Notes under the pieces: generated by a model
The model's database searches: none
What the model saw: the letters and a program-made list of their open reading frames with translations, nothing else
Told to the model about the DNA's origin: nothing
Made by a program: the position numbers and the translations under genes
NCBI GenBank assembly: GCA_041674805.1
Contig: JBAYVA010000001.1
Location: forward strand, 262,612-326,611
Origin: Candidatus Magasanikiibacteriota bacterium
Lineage (GTDB): Bacteria > Patescibacteriota > Patescibacteriia > Magasanikbacterales > UBA922
Reading direction: 5' to 3'
Length of the DNA stretch: 64,000 bases
Shown: positions 60,775-64,000 of the stretch, one piece after another
Position numbering within the stretch: the first letter of the stretch is position 1
Layout of the letters: each line of letters starts with the position of its first letter

Positions 60775-61491
60775 TTAAGAAAGATGATGCTTCTTTAAAA
60801 TAATGTTTCTAGCATTTTCATACTTCTTTACTTTTTCACTCCACCATGGCAAATTTTTCCATGGTTTTTTGTAAGCAAATTTCGGCAACCAACCACTTAT
60901 TATTCCCGTAGAAATGATTGTAAACAAATATTCATCAATCCATTCTCCTTTTTTACCAAGTTCTACCATAGTAAGCCACAAATCCCAATCTTGAAAACGT
61001 TTTAATTTTTCATCAAACATTGGAAAATCCTCCCGACGAATAAGTGAACTGGTATGTATGTAATTGTTTTTTTGTAATTGTATCGGTGAAAATTTTTGTG
61101 CCAACATTTTTTTCTTACCCAAATTAAAACTAGAATAAACAAAATTAACATCTTGTTTTTCATCCAAAATTTTAGCCATTTTATTTAACATATTACTTTC
61201 AGCTTCAATATCTGCATCCCAAAATATAACATAATCTCCTTTTGACAATTCAAAACCTTTGTTTCTAGCAACTGGAGCACCTTTGTTTTCTTGACGGTAA
61301 TAACTAATGTTTACGTTTATATTTTTTTTCACATTCCTCATTCCCCTTTCCACATTCCCCTCGACACTGCCATCATCCACCACAATAATTTCTTTATTCT
61401 CATAATTTTGTTGTGTAGCCGAAAGTAAAGACTTATCAAAAATCTCGGCACGATTATAAACTGGGATAATAATACTAATCAATTTTGACAT
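60775..61491 (-). CDS. GT2 family glycosyltransferase
   Basis: ISIIIPVYN, IIVVDDGS, ARNKG, FWDAD, QDWDLWL. Confidence 0.92.
   Translation of the reverse strand: MSKLISIIIPVYNRAEIFDKSLLSATQQNYENKEIIVVDDGSVEGNVERGMRNVKKNINVNISYYRQENKGAPVARNKGFELSKGDYVIFWDADIEAESNMLNKMAKILDEKQDVNFVYSSFNLGKKKMLAQKFSPIQLQKNNYIHTSSLIRREDFPMFDEKLKRFQDWDLWLTMVELGKKGEWIDEYLFTIISTGIISGWLPKFAYKKPWKNLPWWSEKVKKYENARNIILKKHHLS
61328..61362 (+). repeat. Five tandem heptamers inside the GT2 gene
   Basis: TTCACAT TCCTCAT TCCCCTT TCCACAT TCCCCTC. Confidence 0.65.
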
Positions 61492-62581
61492 ATATTTTTT
61501 TGTATCTAACTAAAATTGGAAAAATTAAATATAAGATAGCTACACTTACAAAAGCTTCTTTCAAAAAACCTAAATAAACAATAAAAGCCACTAATCCAAG
61601 TATAAAAAAACGTCCAATATTTAAATACAGCTCTCTTGAAATCCAAGTTATCGGACCATTGGACACTTTATCAAACAAAATATTTGATCTAAGAGGATTA
61701 AACAGTATAGTAATAAATCTAAACAACACAATCAAAACAACAGACCAAAACAAACTATTCACAAAATAAAAAGATATCATCACCAAAGCAGACAAAAAGG
61801 ATAGAGGCCAAATAAATTCTATTCTTTTTTTGAATTTATCAGAAATTTTGGCAAGTTTAAAAGAAAAGACAATAGAAATTAAAGCTATGATTGATAATAT
61901 TTTACCAAAATCAAATTCATCTTTAATAAAATTAAGTAAAAATAAAGCAATCAATAACTGTGAAACATTTTGTAGTCCGCCATCCAACATGGTAATAGTA
62001 CGAACACCTTTTATATGCACTAATATATCTTTTAATTTATATTTGTAAGTAGCATTTTTAACATAATGTATCAAACATAAACCAATCAACAAAACCAAGA
62101 TTGCCAAAATAATGAAACCTAACAATCCAAATCTTAAAAATATATAACCTCCAAGCAAAGGGGCAACAATTCCTACCACAGTACCAATGGCCCAATAAAC
62201 AGTCATCTTGTGAACTTTTTTATCTTGATTAGTACTCTCAAAAAATAAAATATTGTAAGGTATAAAAAACATGATAGCACCAGCTATTTTTAAAACCATA
62301 TAGGGTATCAACAAATAGTACGCAGAAAAAGGCAATAACAAAACTAACAGAGCACACAATATCAATAAATAACCAATAAGAATATCTCTTTTTGTAGCGA
62401 AATTACGCTTAAAAAAAATAAAGATTACCGCAAACAGATAACCCAAAGCTTCAGCTAGTATAATATGCCAAAAATTTATTTCATTTTTGACAAAATAAAC
62501 ATACAAAATAGAAATAAATCCAGCTTGAACCATCATGTAGATAGCTTGCAACCACCAAATTTTGAAATATTTTTCAATCAC
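61475..62581 (-). CDS. MFS-type transporter
   Basis: About 12 hydrophobic segments, APLLGG and KISDKFKKR loops. Confidence 0.75.
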   Translation of the reverse strand: MIEKYFKIWWLQAIYMMVQAGFISILYVYFVKNEINFWHIILAEALGYLFAVIFIFFKRNFATKRDILIGYLLILCALLVLLLPFSAYYLLIPYMVLKIAGAIMFFIPYNILFFESTNQDKKVHKMTVYWAIGTVVGIVAPLLGGYIFLRFGLLGFIILAILVLLIGLCLIHYVKNATYKYKLKDILVHIKGVRTITMLDGGLQNVSQLLIALFLLNFIKDEFDFGKILSIIALISIVFSFKLAKISDKFKKRIEFIWPLSFLSALVMISFYFVNSLFWSVVLIVLFRFITILFNPLRSNILFDKVSNGPITWISRELYLNIGRFFILGLVAFIVYLGFLKEAFVSVAILYLIFPILVRYKKIYVKID

Positions 62582-62585
62582 ACAA

Positions 62586-63875
62586 TTATTTTTTAGCTAA
62601 AAATTCTCTAACAATCTTCCTATCATCCCAAGCAATCATCTTACCACCAGCCACACACATTCCTTGTTCACTGCCTTTGCCAGTAACCAAAATCAAATCC
62701 CCTTTTTCTGCCATCTCAACAGCTTTACAAATGGCTTCTTTTCTATCCAAAATTTTTAAAAGATTTTTATTAATTTCTTTTCCTTGTTTGCTAACAGCAG
62801 TAGCGACATCATCAATAATTTCTTGTGGATCATCTTCATAAGGATCTTCGTCAGTAACAATACAAATATCAGATCTCTTGCCAATCATCTCACCCAGTTT
62901 GAAACGTCTATCTTTGTCACGTCCACCACCAGTCGAACCAAAAACATGAATTATTTTACCCGTAGGTTTCAACAAAGCTACAACTTGATAAAGTTTTTCC
63001 ATAGCAACTGGCTCAAAAGCATAATCAACTATTACATCAAAACCTTTTTCTTTAGCTTCAGAGATAAATTCATTTCTACCTGGAACATTTTTGAAATGAC
63101 TTACAGCTTTTATAATCACATCCCAAATAATATCAAAATCACGTGCAACAGCAATCGCCGCTGCTATATTATAAATATTATGTTCACCATACATAGGCGC
63201 TTGCAATTTATGATTTTCAATTTCAAAATGCAAACCATCATTTTTTGTTTGTTGATTTAAAATATTTGTACCAAAAATAATTTTTTTATCAAAATTAAAT
63301 TGCAAAAATTCATCTTTGTATTCAGAATTCCCATTTACAATAGCAGTCTTACCAATAGATTTTTTATTTATAATTTTTGATTTATAATTTTCCACATATT
63401 CAAAAATATCCAATTTTGCTTGTTTATACGCCTCAAAAGAACCATGTGAATCAATATGCTCTGGATACAAATTTGTCAAAATCATCATATCATAATTAAT
63501 AAAACTATGACGATATTGCAATCTACCTTCAGAAGTTGTTTCAACAATAGCAACATCACATTTCTTATCTACCATTTCACGTAAATATTTTTGAATTTGC
63601 ATACGCCCAAGCATTGTCATCTTTTGGTCATTCAATTTTTCTTCACCTGCCACATAAAAATCAATAGTAGAAAGTGAACCCACACGCATACCAGCACTTT
63701 CCAAAATTTGTCGCAACAAATAAGCAGTCGTAGATTTACCACTAGTACCAGTAATACCAATAACTATTAATTCTTCTGAAGGGTGATGATATTTGAAAGC
63801 ACCTAACCAAGCAAAAAATAAATGACGCAAATTTAATATTTTTTTTGGTATTAATTTTTTTACAATTTTTTTCAT
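62586..63875 (-). CDS. murE: MurE family UDP-MurNAc-peptide ligase
   Basis: GITGTSGKSTT, ETTSEG, TNL.PEHID.HG, PGR.E, VDYA, VFGSTGGGRD, LVTGKG. Confidence 0.88.
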   Translation of the reverse strand: MKKIVKKLIPKKILNLRHLFFAWLGAFKYHHPSEELIVIGITGTSGKSTTAYLLRQILESAGMRVGSLSTIDFYVAGEEKLNDQKMTMLGRMQIQKYLREMVDKKCDVAIVETTSEGRLQYRHSFINYDMMILTNLYPEHIDSHGSFEAYKQAKLDIFEYVENYKSKIINKKSIGKTAIVNGNSEYKDEFLQFNFDKKIIFGTNILNQQTKNDGLHFEIENHKLQAPMYGEHNIYNIAAAIAVARDFDIIWDVIIKAVSHFKNVPGRNEFISEAKEKGFDVIVDYAFEPVAMEKLYQVVALLKPTGKIIHVFGSTGGGRDKDRRFKLGEMIGKRSDICIVTDEDPYEDDPQEIIDDVATAVSKQGKEINKNLLKILDRKEAICKAVEMAEKGDLILVTGKGSEQGMCVAGGKMIAWDDRKIVREFLAKK

Positions 63876-64000
63876 AAAACTGATTACATTGATTATAACC
63901 TATTAGGTTGATTATACTGATTTTTTTATAATTTAACAATTAGATTAACTTTCTTTGTAAATATCTCAGTGTAATATATGATTAATCATTTTTACTCAGT

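Overview
AT-rich bacterial chromosomal window in standard genetic code 11. Gene content and the scarcity of Shine-Dalgarno sites suggest a Patescibacteria/CPR (Parcubacteria/ABY1-like) genome; this is inference. Most of it is housekeeping: gltX, serS, lysS, proS, metG, greA, mreBCD-mrdA, murF, murE, two FemABX-type ligases, a UvrD-nuclease fusion, a complete F1Fo ATP synthase operon, tatD, rsmI, a degenerate priA, def and fmt. Gene orientation flips from + to - across an AT-rich gap (4.8-5.7 kb). That gap holds a 28-bp dif-like palindrome, two partial copies of it, and a small structured RNA candidate with its own promoter and terminator. Directly downstream of the atp operon is a six-subunit hydrogenase-4/Ehr-like membrane complex. 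Its large subunit lacks the NiFe cysteines, its small subunit has three of four Fe-S cysteines replaced by Asp, and its HyfB-like gene is split at a T-TTT-TTA site; a CBS protein and an ArsB/NhaD-type transporter follow. Other notable items: two GC-richer mini-cassettes sharing a ~230-bp terminator-promoter-structured leader module but carrying different genes, an unannotated 50-aa 11-Cys peptide, and many different 7-11-bp micro-repeat families in spacers and inside two genes. No CRISPR array, rRNA, tRNA, transposase or phage genes were recognised.
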